From the NCBI GenBank assembly GCA_963665095.1, contig OY762069.1, forward strand, positions 4,288,001-4,352,000: a stretch of DNA of 64,000 bases, given 5' to 3'. This DNA comes from an uncultured Desulfobacter sp. (GTDB lineage Bacteria; Desulfobacterota; Desulfobacteria; Desulfobacterales; Desulfobacteraceae). A model generated the notes under the pieces. The model worked only from the letters and a program-made list of their open reading frames with translations, was not told the origin of the DNA and searched no databases. Of this stretch, positions 18,614-28,577 are shown piece by piece. The translations under genes were made by a program, and so were the position numbers. Within the stretch, counting starts at the first letter, position 1. Every line of letters starts with the position of its first letter.

Positions 18614-20623
18614 TTAGTTTATGCATTCAAGAGAATACTTTTTTAAGGACAAAATTCTTCGAATGATATCCTCTCTAAACTGGACAGCAAAAGCCCCTAA
18701 ATCTGATAAATCCATTCTTGCTCCAAAGCTGTCATAGATTTTTATTGATGTAACCGGGCGATGCCAGTCTTTCCACTTCTTATGGTTCTGCACATAACCA
18801 CCACGAACATAAAGCCTATTGCGAAAAACTTCCTGAACGTCTTTCAGCCATTTTTTCTGTTCTTTAACCTGATAGTTAGTTTTTGTTGATCGTAATAAAT
18901 AATCAAGTAATTTTTCAAAAGTCTTGATATACCTTGCATCATCTACTGCTTCTCTAAACCCTTTATGCACTAAAGTGCTCAGCGGCCCTTCATCACCTTC
19001 TCTCTGGGCCCGGGCAATTGTTATTGCATTCCCGGAAAAGGTCTGAGGGGAAAAAATATCATCTTTTGCTCTGTCTGTATGTTTCCAGATTGCCCAGTAA
19101 AAAGTGCCTTTTGCTTCATAAACCCAGGGAATAATCCCCACTGCAAAACGGGGTTTTCCTGGAGACGCATAGAAACTGAGGCCTCCGTTATATGTAAAAA
19201 GACTGCGACCAGCTTTTTTGCAGGCTTCATACTTTTCCGGTGACGGGCAGTTAGTACTCCAGACATGATGGTGGTGGGACAATTTCTTCTCATCTTCTTT
19301 ATGGTAGAACACACCAAAAGTCATCAACTCCGGTGTATTTCTCTCCACCATGGGAAAAACTTTATTATACCATTCAAGCCGTTCCGGCTTCGGCTTGTGG
19401 TCAGGCTCATCCAGAATTGCTGCCGGGATATCTCCATGCCCGCAAGCACTCATCTGGCTATAAAACTGCTTTAATGTCTGAGTTAAATAATCCTCAAAAG
19501 GAGGTGATAAATCCGTAGCTGCATATTGTGTGCGATACTTTACCTTTCTGCCATTGGTAATTACCGGCCGATTCAACAGCATAAACAACTGGTTTATAAC
19601 CTTTGGACTGTCACCCCCTAGAAATACAGTATGAGGGCCATGAAACCCCAGTTTATCAAGCATTTTAAGATAATCAACATAAGGAGAAAAATCCGCTGAT
19701 ACTTTATTATTCTCAATGCTTATCCGATTGGATGAAGTGGACCACCAGGATACCTGGGTGTGACCGTGTTCCAGAAGGTTCATGGCCTCTTTTTCATCCA
19801 CAAACGAAGAGATGTAGGCACCTCTGGCCCAGTCTAAAGCCAAGTCCAGTTCAAACGGCAGCACTGTCAACTCTATTGGGATTTCAGAAAGCAAGTCGTC
19901 CTGTTGTTTTATGATTAAATTCCCTGAATAAATGCCAGCTGCCGCAGTTTTCGGAATAAAAATATCCAGCCAGACAGCCTGACAGGTTTGCCTCCGGATA
20001 TCTATTTGGGCAAGATCAAGCAACGCCACCGGTTCCTCTTCGTACCTGAAAGGGAGATATGTTTGCTTTTGAGAAGGATCAATATCCATGTCAGCTGACA
20101 CTTGAGTCGACTGCTTTTTCCTGGTCAGGACATTGTAAACAAAATACGTTCTAATATCCGCCCCATTACTTTTTATTACAACTTTTGCATCTTTATGGAC
20201 AAGATCCGTAAGCTGAACTGAGACCCCTTTAAGCTCCGTTGAAGACCATATGCCGATCTGAGCAGACTCCCATTCATTTTTTGCCCCTTTGATTTTCAAC
20301 ACATCAAGTCTGGCTTTTTTATTTCCTGGCGGTGTAAATTTTCTGACTTTTTTAAGGATTCCGGCATTGAAAATATGCAGTGCCGGCCAGACACCTGAAC
20401 GGTCTTTCGGTTGCAGATCCGGTCTTCCAGGAAGTTCAACTCCTTGCGCCTTCAACGCCAAAACGGCCTGTTCATGACGAGTCAACGCCTCAATGGAAGC
20501 CTTTCTTTCCCACACCAGATTAAAATTGAGTTGAACCTCTGCGGCAAATACCTGCACTGAAAACAAAATAAAAAAGGGGTATAAAAAAAACCCCTTTTTT
20601 ACTGCAGCCCAATTATTTCTCAT
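18614..20623 (-). CDS. Secreted protein, DUF4091/GH123-like putative glycoside hydrolase
   Basis: Signal-peptide-like N-terminus (…VQVFA|AE); AKNEWESAQI, VWLDIFIPKTAAAGIYSG, LDEP and FREAVDDARY motifs recalled from this family. Confidence 0.6.
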   Translation of the reverse strand: MRNNWAAVKKGFFLYPFFILFSVQVFAAEVQLNFNLVWERKASIEALTRHEQAVLALKAQGVELPGRPDLQPKDRSGVWPALHIFNAGILKKVRKFTPPGNKKARLDVLKIKGAKNEWESAQIGIWSSTELKGVSVQLTDLVHKDAKVVIKSNGADIRTYFVYNVLTRKKQSTQVSADMDIDPSQKQTYLPFRYEEEPVALLDLAQIDIRRQTCQAVWLDIFIPKTAAAGIYSGNLIIKQQDDLLSEIPIELTVLPFELDLALDWARGAYISSFVDEKEAMNLLEHGHTQVSWWSTSSNRISIENNKVSADFSPYVDYLKMLDKLGFHGPHTVFLGGDSPKVINQLFMLLNRPVITNGRKVKYRTQYAATDLSPPFEDYLTQTLKQFYSQMSACGHGDIPAAILDEPDHKPKPERLEWYNKVFPMVERNTPELMTFGVFYHKEDEKKLSHHHHVWSTNCPSPEKYEACKKAGRSLFTYNGGLSFYASPGKPRFAVGIIPWVYEAKGTFYWAIWKHTDRAKDDIFSPQTFSGNAITIARAQREGDEGPLSTLVHKGFREAVDDARYIKTFEKLLDYLLRSTKTNYQVKEQKKWLKDVQEVFRNRLYVRGGYVQNHKKWKDWHRPVTSIKIYDSFGARMDLSDLGAFAVQFREDIIRRILSLKKYSLECIN

Positions 20624-20671
20624 TGATAAACCTCATATAAGCTGTCTCAAAATACAAATTTTGAAATAGTT

Positions 20672-23600
20672 CTATTGCACGCCGCCTTCCGGGCGATCAA
20701 TATCAGAATCCCCCTTGGTAATAAGCCAGTGGTCCGCTTGAAAAATATCTGCATGAACACTCTCATCAACACCTCCGGGATGGACCAAAAAAAACCGCTC
20801 AGGCTCACGCCTGATAAACCCGAAATATTTAAGGGCAGCTTCAAGTTTTTTATTGATGACTTCAAAGGTAATGGTGTCAAATCCCAATTTATCGCACTCT
20901 TTTCGGATCACCTCAAAAATACTTAATAAAAGTTTCTGATCGGATATTGGGCAGACCAGGTCAACCACAAACGCCCGCCTGTATTTATAAGGAGTGTGGG
21001 CTCCCGGTTCCCTGAACATGAGCACAGCAACTGCCACAATCTTATCATCTTTTATCATTTCAATCCGCTTGAAAGACTGGCCAGGCTGATCCGCATATTT
21101 CCAGTTAAGGTAGGACGCATCCCGAACCACAGCGTATTTATAATCATGACACACCTGGTCCCATAGTTGATCATGCTGGTCAGAAAACCGTTCAACTTCA
21201 CGGACGTCAAGATCAAGCAGGTTTGCCCGAGCCTTTAAATTCTTCTTATATGTCAGCATTTGCAGCCCCGCGCCAACGGCACCCGCCATCAAGGCATTCA
21301 TTTTCCCTTTCAACATATTACCCGGACGCAGAGGGTAGACATATATCTGGAGGGGAGCCACCTGCTGCCACCCCAGACTGAAGAGAATGGCACGCATCTC
21401 CTTTGTCTGGCCCAGTGACAGGCTAAAGGGCATATCCTGCCGGGTTTTCATCATAATAACAGGACCAAGACCTTTGTCCCGGCATGATTTTAAAACCATT
21501 GTATCAACACACCAGGCAGTTGGAACAATCGCACCATCCAGCCAGGCGTTAACAGGAATTGCGCCGGTGTAGGCAATGACATTGCCCGCCTCTATATAAT
21601 TCCACATCACAGGCTCAAGACCTAACCGGTCTGCAGATTCAAGATACATCCAGCGCCACCTGGGTTCCAATAAATCCTGGTCTCTATTGGGCCACGCTTT
21701 GGCAAAGAACTCCAGGATCTGTGGCTCCATTGAAGCGCTGTAGCCAACAATTCTATTTTCAATACTTTTTTGCCCGGTTAAACCCTTTTCTTGGGATACA
21801 GCCTCTGACATGCTGGTCAACAACCAGTCGGCAAGGGCAGTGATATTGGGATAATCATGGATAATCACAATATCCATCAGTCCGAATTTCTTTTTGATAC
21901 TTACAGATAATTCAGCGGCAATCAAAGAGTCCACCCCGATTTCAGTGAAATCGCCCTCTATGGAGAGATCATGACCGGTTTCATAGCCAAGCAGATGCCC
22001 GACCTCATCTGAAAGAAGTTGAATTAAAACACCCTTTCTTTTCTGGGGCTCTGTGTCCAGAAGGATCTTGCCCCATTTCGACAGCGTCCCAGTTTTAGCC
22101 GAACTCTCAGTGTCTGATCCAGGGCGACACAACGAAATCAAGGGCCTAACACGCCGGGCCTCATAAATCCCTGAAAAAATACCCCAGTCAATATCCGCAA
22201 CCACCATACCGCTTTTGTCAGCTTCAAGCAGGGTTTGAAATACTTTTATGGCGGCGTCCGGGTCAAGGGCATAGTTGCCGATCCTGGCATAGCCGGAAAT
22301 ATCTTCACTGCTTGCCATACCCCCCTGATCCCACGGGCCCCAGTTAATGCTGATACCAGGCAGCCCTTTTTTCCGCCTGAAACCAATAACCGAGTCAACA
22401 AAAGCATTGGCAGCGCTATAATGCGCCCTACTTTCCGACCCGAGTACGGAAGATATGGATGAAAAACAGACAAAGGCATCCAGGTCAAAATCACAAGCGT
22501 ACTGATGGAGCAGCCAGGTACCTTCGACCTTTGGGGTCAAAACCAGACCCAGGTCTTCAGGGCTCATGTCATCTACAGCTTTAGGAATATCAATCCCAGC
22601 CAAATGAAAAATGCCTTTCAAAGGGATTTGATCTGATGCAAGGCTTTCAAAAAACGGGGAAACTTCACTTTCCTCACCGATATCAAGGGCCACAACCTTA
22701 AGTGCGGCACCGGCCTTTTTCACAGAGGCGATAAAACCTGTCGCATCTTTGCTTTCCATTCCTTTACGGCTCGTTGTAATGATCTGCGTTGCCCCACATG
22801 ACGCCAGCCAGAGGATCACTCTGCGGCCCAGTGCGCCCAGTCCGCCTGTCACCAGGTACACCCCCTGGTCTGAAATATTCACCTTTCGGTCTGAAAGGAC
22901 TTTTTCCCTTATCAGCCGGGGCACCAGGCGTCCGGATCTATCCAGGCGAACCTGATCTTCATTGTCAGGAAAGGTTAATTCCCTGCCAAGCGCCCTGATC
23001 CCGGAATCAATGTCAAATCCGGAAGCCAGTTCAATCAGCCCGCCCCATATGCCAGGATGCTCCAGGGCAACCCCCCGGCCAAAACCCCACATAAGGGACT
23101 GAAGGGCTGCCATCTCTGTTTGCTGAGTAACAACCCATAGTTTGGGCTTTGACATATTTTCCAGAGAATGGATGGTGCGGGATAGTAATAAAAGCCGGCT
23201 CAAATATTGTTCTTCAAAGAACCGGATATCGGAAGCGCTTATATCTGCTTTATCGCACCCCTTCATTCCCCATAAAAACGCAATGCCGCTGACAGGGCCA
23301 TGGGACTTGGCGACCTCATTAAAAAGCTGAATAAAACCGTCCTGAACATCCGGTTTTATAACAAAAAGATCAGATGACGCTTTGTTGTAGCCTTTGCCAG
23401 GAATAACCTTAAAGGCACAGTGGCCTTTTTCTTTCAACTCTTTAACCAGCGCATTTCCTGTATCCTCATTGTCGGACAGAACCAGCCAGACTCCGGGCTT
23501 GTCAGAAGAGGAAAGGCTGTTTGTCTTATAAGCGCTTTCAATCCATTTAACTTTATACAGGCTGTCGGACAAATCACTCTTTCCGGCATGGCTGGCAACT

Positions 23601-26600
23601 GACTGGAATTTTGTTTTCAGCCAATAATGACCATGATGGAACTGATAACCGGGGAGATCAGCCTTATTACGATCTTCCGGATTGTAAAGCCCGGACCAGG
23701 TAAAATCAGCGCCCATGGTAAACAGGCGGGACAGGCTGCCATACATGGTCTGCCAGGCAGGCTTATTTTTTCTTAGGGAAGGCAGCCAGGCCATGTTATC
23801 AGAGGCCAGGCAAAGACTACCCATGCCAAGGAGAATTGGGTGGGGGCCGATTTCAATAAAGGTTGACACCTCTTTTTCATCCAGGGTGGCCATGGCATCC
23901 AGGAAACGAACCGCCTGTCTGACCTGGGCCTGCCAGTATTCCGGGCCAATTTTATCAATTTCCAGCATATTGCCGTCAACGCAGCTTATGACCGGAAACT
24001 GCGGTGGATTTAATTCAATGTCCGCCACAACCTTCATGTACGCTTCCAGCATCGGCTCAACCTGCGGGGAGTGGAATGCATGGGATACATTAAGGTATTT
24101 AAAGTCGATATTATCCTTTTCCAGGTCTGCAACGATTTGGTCCAGGGCATGGGCGGCCCCGGATAATACAACCTGATCAGGTCCGTTGACTGATGCAATG
24201 GAAATCTGATCTTCCTGGGCATTTATCAATGCAATGGCAGACGCTTCATCCATCCGGACAGCCGCCATCTTACCTCCGGAAGGTAAGGCCTGCATCAGCT
24301 TTCCCCTGGCATGGATCAACTTTAGCCCGTCGGAAAGGCTTAGTACGCCTGCGACCGTTAACGCAATAATTTCACCGGCGCTGTGACCGGCGGCATAATC
24401 AGGCCTGATCCCCCAGGACAGCCAGAGCTGGCTTAACGCGTACTCGATACAGAACAAGCAAAGCTGAGTATACAATGTCTGGTCAATACGGGCGGTATCC
24501 TGGCCTGCTTCATCCGGGTAAATTACCTGCATTAGCGGGCAGTCAGTCCATTCATCCAGAACAGTGACGCATTCATCCATGGCAGCCTTGAAAACAGGGC
24601 TGGTCTCATATAACTCACGGCCCATGGATACATATTGTGACCCCTGGCCTGTAAACAGGAAGGCAATCCTGCCTTTGTTTTTTCCAAAATCAGATTTACC
24701 AACCGTACACCCTGCCGGATATTCCCCTTTGGAGAACTGCTCGATACTGTTTGTCAGGGCCTCAAGATCCGGAGAGATAAACGCAACCCTGTTTCCAAAA
24801 TGACGGCGCTTAACACCTGCTGTAAAACATACATCCGCAATATCAAGGCAGGGTCTGCTTTTCAGGTAACCGGAAGTCTCTTCGGCAATCTTCATCAAAG
24901 AGGCATTGGTATCTGCAGACAGCGGGAAAAGATGCAGCGTCGGGACGGGCCCGATTTTCAGGGCAGATGCTGTCTCGTCTTTCACGCACGTTCTGCCGGG
25001 CTCTTCAAGAATCATATGCACGTTGGCCCCGCCAACACCAAAAGAACTGACACCTGCACGCCTGGGTACTTCCTGTTCCTGTCCGTCAATTGTAAAAACA
25101 GGTTTTTCCCATTCTGAAATATCACGCTGAACGTTAAAAGGGATGTCTTTAAAAGGAATTTTTGAATTTAGTTTGCCCGATGTAATACTGGGTAAAAGGC
25201 ACTTTTTTTCAAACTGCAAAAGCACCTTGATCAGACTTAACACAGCGGCTCCGGATTCCAGATGGCCGATATTGGGTTTGATTGACCCTATTGAGCAGGC
25301 ATGTCCGCATTGAATGGCATTATCCCACAGGCTCTTATTTGTGTAGGCAAGGGTCAGGCCCCTTACCTCTATAGGATCCCCTAAAGAAGTTCCTGTGCCA
25401 TGGGTCTCCACATATGATACGGTTCTTGGGTCTATACCGGCATCCCGAATACATTTGCTTATGGCCAGGGCCTGGGCACCAGGGTTGGGGGCAGTGAACC
25501 CGATGCTTCCGGTGCCGGAACTCAAGGCTGTTCCCTTTATGATGCCGTAGACATGATCCCGGTCTTTCCGGGCATCTGCCAGAGGTTTTAAAATAACAAC
25601 GCCTGCGCCCTCACCTAAAAGGACGCCATTGGAATCATCGCAGAAGGGCCGGCATCTTCCCGTGGGAGAAAGAATGCCAAGGCGTTTTAGCTGCCCAAAG
25701 CGGTTGGGGTCCAAAATCAGGTTCACACCGCCGGCAACGGCCATGCGGCACTCTTTTGCCCTTAGCGCCATGCAGGCCACGTGAACCGCTGTTCCGGAAG
25801 AGGAGCATGCCGTATCAACTGTAAAACTTGGCCCCCGAAAGCCCATAAAATGGCTCAACCTGTTGGCGATACTGAATGTTTCCCAGCTTCTGTAAAGGCT
25901 TTTGCTCTCATTGGCGGCCTGGTTGGCTCGAAATGAATAGTCACTATACATGGCACCCATATAGACGCCTGTATCTTCGGTAAAGCTTTCACCTGTATAA
26001 CCGGCATCTTCCAGGGCTTTCCAGGATGTTTCAAGAACCAACCGGGTCTGGGGGTCTGTCAGGGCAGCCTCCCTTGGCGATATTTTGAAAAACTCGGCAT
26101 CAAAACCGTCAACATCATCCATTAACCCTGCCCAGTGCTCCAGATCCCCTTCAAAGGGCTCCAGAAAAAACGGGCGGTCCGGTGTTATTTTCCGAATGGA
26201 GGAGCCTTGCCCGGAAAGAAGATTCCATAACGCCTCTTTAGTTTGTCCCCCGGAACAGGAAACGCCAATGCCGATCACTGCAATATCGTGCAAAGAAGAG
26301 GCCTCCCTCTTATCCGGAAAATCAAAAACAGGCTCATGACCGGTCTGTGCCTCGCCTTCTTTACATATTGCCTCAACAATATCTGAAACACTTCGGTGTT
26401 CAAAAAGCAGGGTGATTGGCAGCCAGGAAAATTTTTCAAAAAGCGCCACAGTAATTTCAACAATTTTAAATGAGTCACACCCCAGTTCTTCAAGGAGGTC
26501 CCCTTTTTTGACATCTGCCACCGGTATTTTCAATTCCCGGGAGAAGATGTTGTAAACCAGGTTGGACAAGCTTTCTTTATCAAGGGGTGCTAAGATTTTT

Positions 26601-28456
26601 CCGGATTCAGCTTCTTTTCCGGTCTCTCCACCTTCAACCAGTTCCGATAATGACTTCATATCGGAAAGTTCAAATGCAGCACGCTTAATCTGGGCTTCCC
26701 GGTTCCGGATGGTCTCATTCTTAAATTCGTCTGGCTTTTCATCGGTTTTGGTAACCGGTTTTTCCTCTGTCTCCTCTTTGGAAGAATGAACCAGTTCAAT
26801 CTCCATCAATTCCAGAGTAGGGATAATAGAACAGATATGACCGTCCTGCTCAACTTTGCAATACTCTTGCGGCGATGCAGATTTCAGGAACTCCCGTGCC
26901 GGGGTATTTCGCGGCGTGGGGAACACTTCCATCCGGACAGAATCAATCTTATTTTTGTCGGCAAACCGCCCCAATTCATTGAGCATGTAGTGCTCTACCC
27001 CGCGACCCAAAACCCTGCAACTGAGCAGAAAGGTATCCACGATCAGCTCCTGCCCCCGGATCTCCCCAATATAAAACCCCACAAGCCCGTAATCACCAAA
27101 ACGGTCAGAAACCCGGACTGTCTGCATGATAAAGTTATCATCAGACATCAGGGCTTTAAGCTCGCCCTCTTTTCTTCGCCGGGTGGTAAAATTAAACTGG
27201 TTGGTGCGCATGGTGAGCTGGGAGGCCCTTGGCAGGTCTTCGTCGTTAAGATCGCGCAGGTCGGTTTTTAGTTCAAGGCTTTTTAAAAAATCGCCAAAAT
27301 CAACCTTATCCTCCATGAACTCCTGGCGCTTGAGCTCTTCCTTGTACATCTGGGTTCTTTTCTGGTCGACTGCCGTGCCTTTTTTGATATCAAGCTCCCA
27401 GATATGGCATAACAGGGTATATGCCCTGTCCGGCTCCTGCGGCCATTGTATTGTCAAAACATCTGGGCAGCCGGCCTGAACCTCCGCGCACTCCACAGGG
27501 TTGTCATCAATAAAGATAAAATTGGCCAGTCCCAGATTTAATTGTGATGCCAGTTTTTTGATATTTTTCGATTTGGGCTGCCAGTTGATCATGGCAGAGA
27601 CGATGTTATCCCGGCTGAGTTTAAAGTCTTTCCGGTTATCAAATACGCTCCATACATCAAATTCTTCATTTTTGCTGCAAAGGCTGACCACCACCCCGCC
27701 CCTACTCAACTCCATGAGCTTTTCCTGTAGTGCGGTATGGGATTTTTCAAATACCACACCATCAACGCCCACCTCACCTACAACGCCTTTCCACAAGGTG
27801 TTGTCACAGTCCACCACAACCACTTTACAAATGGGCACCATTTTCCGGTAGATATTGCGCATGACCAGGGTAGCCAGGTAGTAAAAATAGGACTTCTGAT
27901 AGGGGATATGCCCTATTTTTTCCCGAAGCGGGTCATGGACCTGGTCTTCCTGTATTGAATAGGCATTATGAAAATCCGAGGCGTTAAGAATGGTTAAACC
28001 TGGGACACCTTCAAGAGCAGAAGTCAGCAACGCTTCGGTTTGAGCCAGAATACCCGGGTCGGAAAATAGGTCGTCTCCTCTTTGGACTGCAGGACAAAGC
28101 ACCAGCATGGTTTCAACTTTGCAGTGTCCCCGGTGGGTTTTCATGGCCCGGATGAATTCCCGGGCTGAATCCTCCAAAAATTTTTCAACACTCTTATCAG
28201 ACTGAATTTTAGAATTGTCAATTTCCCTGAGCCAGTCTTTTACAATCAAATAAACAACACTGACCCCATTCTGATTTGAGGATAACCCGGAGCCGGGATT
28301 AATCAGTTCCTGAAGGATCTGGTTATAAGGAGAAAGCACAATATCCGCATTAAGGCCTAACTCTTCACACCAGAATAAAAATCCAGGGGTGGCAGAGTTT
28401 ACCGTAAAATTAGCACAAATCTGTACATTTAAATCTGTTGAAGCATCTTTTTTCAT
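20672..28456 (-). CDS. Single-module type I PKS: FkbH - ACP - KS - AT(malonyl) - KR - ACP - GNAT-like terminal domain
   Basis: FkbH: VVDCDNTLWKGVVGE, CSKN, FIDDNPVEC, KTNQF-like RTNQFN, FLLSCRVLGR. ACP: LGCDSF. KS: DTACSSS, ETHGTGT, KPNIGHLE. AT: FTGQGSQY, GHSAGE, HAFHS. KR: VTGGLGALG, PKVEG, FSS, HYSAAN. ACP: IGVDSL. C-terminus: VDTMVLKSCRDKGLG (GNAT motif A-like), VRDASYLNWKY. Confidence 0.93.
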   Translation of the reverse strand: MKKDASTDLNVQICANFTVNSATPGFLFWCEELGLNADIVLSPYNQILQELINPGSGLSSNQNGVSVVYLIVKDWLREIDNSKIQSDKSVEKFLEDSAREFIRAMKTHRGHCKVETMLVLCPAVQRGDDLFSDPGILAQTEALLTSALEGVPGLTILNASDFHNAYSIQEDQVHDPLREKIGHIPYQKSYFYYLATLVMRNIYRKMVPICKVVVVDCDNTLWKGVVGEVGVDGVVFEKSHTALQEKLMELSRGGVVVSLCSKNEEFDVWSVFDNRKDFKLSRDNIVSAMINWQPKSKNIKKLASQLNLGLANFIFIDDNPVECAEVQAGCPDVLTIQWPQEPDRAYTLLCHIWELDIKKGTAVDQKRTQMYKEELKRQEFMEDKVDFGDFLKSLELKTDLRDLNDEDLPRASQLTMRTNQFNFTTRRRKEGELKALMSDDNFIMQTVRVSDRFGDYGLVGFYIGEIRGQELIVDTFLLSCRVLGRGVEHYMLNELGRFADKNKIDSVRMEVFPTPRNTPAREFLKSASPQEYCKVEQDGHICSIIPTLELMEIELVHSSKEETEEKPVTKTDEKPDEFKNETIRNREAQIKRAAFELSDMKSLSELVEGGETGKEAESGKILAPLDKESLSNLVYNIFSRELKIPVADVKKGDLLEELGCDSFKIVEITVALFEKFSWLPITLLFEHRSVSDIVEAICKEGEAQTGHEPVFDFPDKREASSLHDIAVIGIGVSCSGGQTKEALWNLLSGQGSSIRKITPDRPFFLEPFEGDLEHWAGLMDDVDGFDAEFFKISPREAALTDPQTRLVLETSWKALEDAGYTGESFTEDTGVYMGAMYSDYSFRANQAANESKSLYRSWETFSIANRLSHFMGFRGPSFTVDTACSSSGTAVHVACMALRAKECRMAVAGGVNLILDPNRFGQLKRLGILSPTGRCRPFCDDSNGVLLGEGAGVVILKPLADARKDRDHVYGIIKGTALSSGTGSIGFTAPNPGAQALAISKCIRDAGIDPRTVSYVETHGTGTSLGDPIEVRGLTLAYTNKSLWDNAIQCGHACSIGSIKPNIGHLESGAAVLSLIKVLLQFEKKCLLPSITSGKLNSKIPFKDIPFNVQRDISEWEKPVFTIDGQEQEVPRRAGVSSFGVGGANVHMILEEPGRTCVKDETASALKIGPVPTLHLFPLSADTNASLMKIAEETSGYLKSRPCLDIADVCFTAGVKRRHFGNRVAFISPDLEALTNSIEQFSKGEYPAGCTVGKSDFGKNKGRIAFLFTGQGSQYVSMGRELYETSPVFKAAMDECVTVLDEWTDCPLMQVIYPDEAGQDTARIDQTLYTQLCLFCIEYALSQLWLSWGIRPDYAAGHSAGEIIALTVAGVLSLSDGLKLIHARGKLMQALPSGGKMAAVRMDEASAIALINAQEDQISIASVNGPDQVVLSGAAHALDQIVADLEKDNIDFKYLNVSHAFHSPQVEPMLEAYMKVVADIELNPPQFPVISCVDGNMLEIDKIGPEYWQAQVRQAVRFLDAMATLDEKEVSTFIEIGPHPILLGMGSLCLASDNMAWLPSLRKNKPAWQTMYGSLSRLFTMGADFTWSGLYNPEDRNKADLPGYQFHHGHYWLKTKFQSVASHAGKSDLSDSLYKVKWIESAYKTNSLSSSDKPGVWLVLSDNEDTGNALVKELKEKGHCAFKVIPGKGYNKASSDLFVIKPDVQDGFIQLFNEVAKSHGPVSGIAFLWGMKGCDKADISASDIRFFEEQYLSRLLLLSRTIHSLENMSKPKLWVVTQQTEMAALQSLMWGFGRGVALEHPGIWGGLIELASGFDIDSGIRALGRELTFPDNEDQVRLDRSGRLVPRLIREKVLSDRKVNISDQGVYLVTGGLGALGRRVILWLASCGATQIITTSRKGMESKDATGFIASVKKAGAALKVVALDIGEESEVSPFFESLASDQIPLKGIFHLAGIDIPKAVDDMSPEDLGLVLTPKVEGTWLLHQYACDFDLDAFVCFSSISSVLGSESRAHYSAANAFVDSVIGFRRKKGLPGISINWGPWDQGGMASSEDISGYARIGNYALDPDAAIKVFQTLLEADKSGMVVADIDWGIFSGIYEARRVRPLISLCRPGSDTESSAKTGTLSKWGKILLDTEPQKRKGVLIQLLSDEVGHLLGYETGHDLSIEGDFTEIGVDSLIAAELSVSIKKKFGLMDIVIIHDYPNITALADWLLTSMSEAVSQEKGLTGQKSIENRIVGYSASMEPQILEFFAKAWPNRDQDLLEPRWRWMYLESADRLGLEPVMWNYIEAGNVIAYTGAIPVNAWLDGAIVPTAWCVDTMVLKSCRDKGLGPVIMMKTRQDMPFSLSLGQTKEMRAILFSLGWQQVAPLQIYVYPLRPGNMLKGKMNALMAGAVGAGLQMLTYKKNLKARANLLDLDVREVERFSDQHDQLWDQVCHDYKYAVVRDASYLNWKYADQPGQSFKRIEMIKDDKIVAVAVLMFREPGAHTPYKYRRAFVVDLVCPISDQKLLLSIFEVIRKECDKLGFDTITFEVINKKLEAALKYFGFIRREPERFFLVHPGGVDESVHADIFQADHWLITKGDSDIDRPEGGVQ

Positions 28457-28577
28457 TCTCTGTCCTTCACAGAAGCCTTCTATTTGATATCCCAGAGCAG
28501 AAAATCAAATGAATAGGTTTAAGCTTAATCAAATCATGAAACTTTATTGTGTTTAAATTGTTTGATTATTATTTTTT

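Noticed and set aside
22400..22620. KR stereochemistry prediction for the PKS
   Set aside because: Neither the LDD (B-type) nor the Trp (A-type) fingerprint is clearly present.
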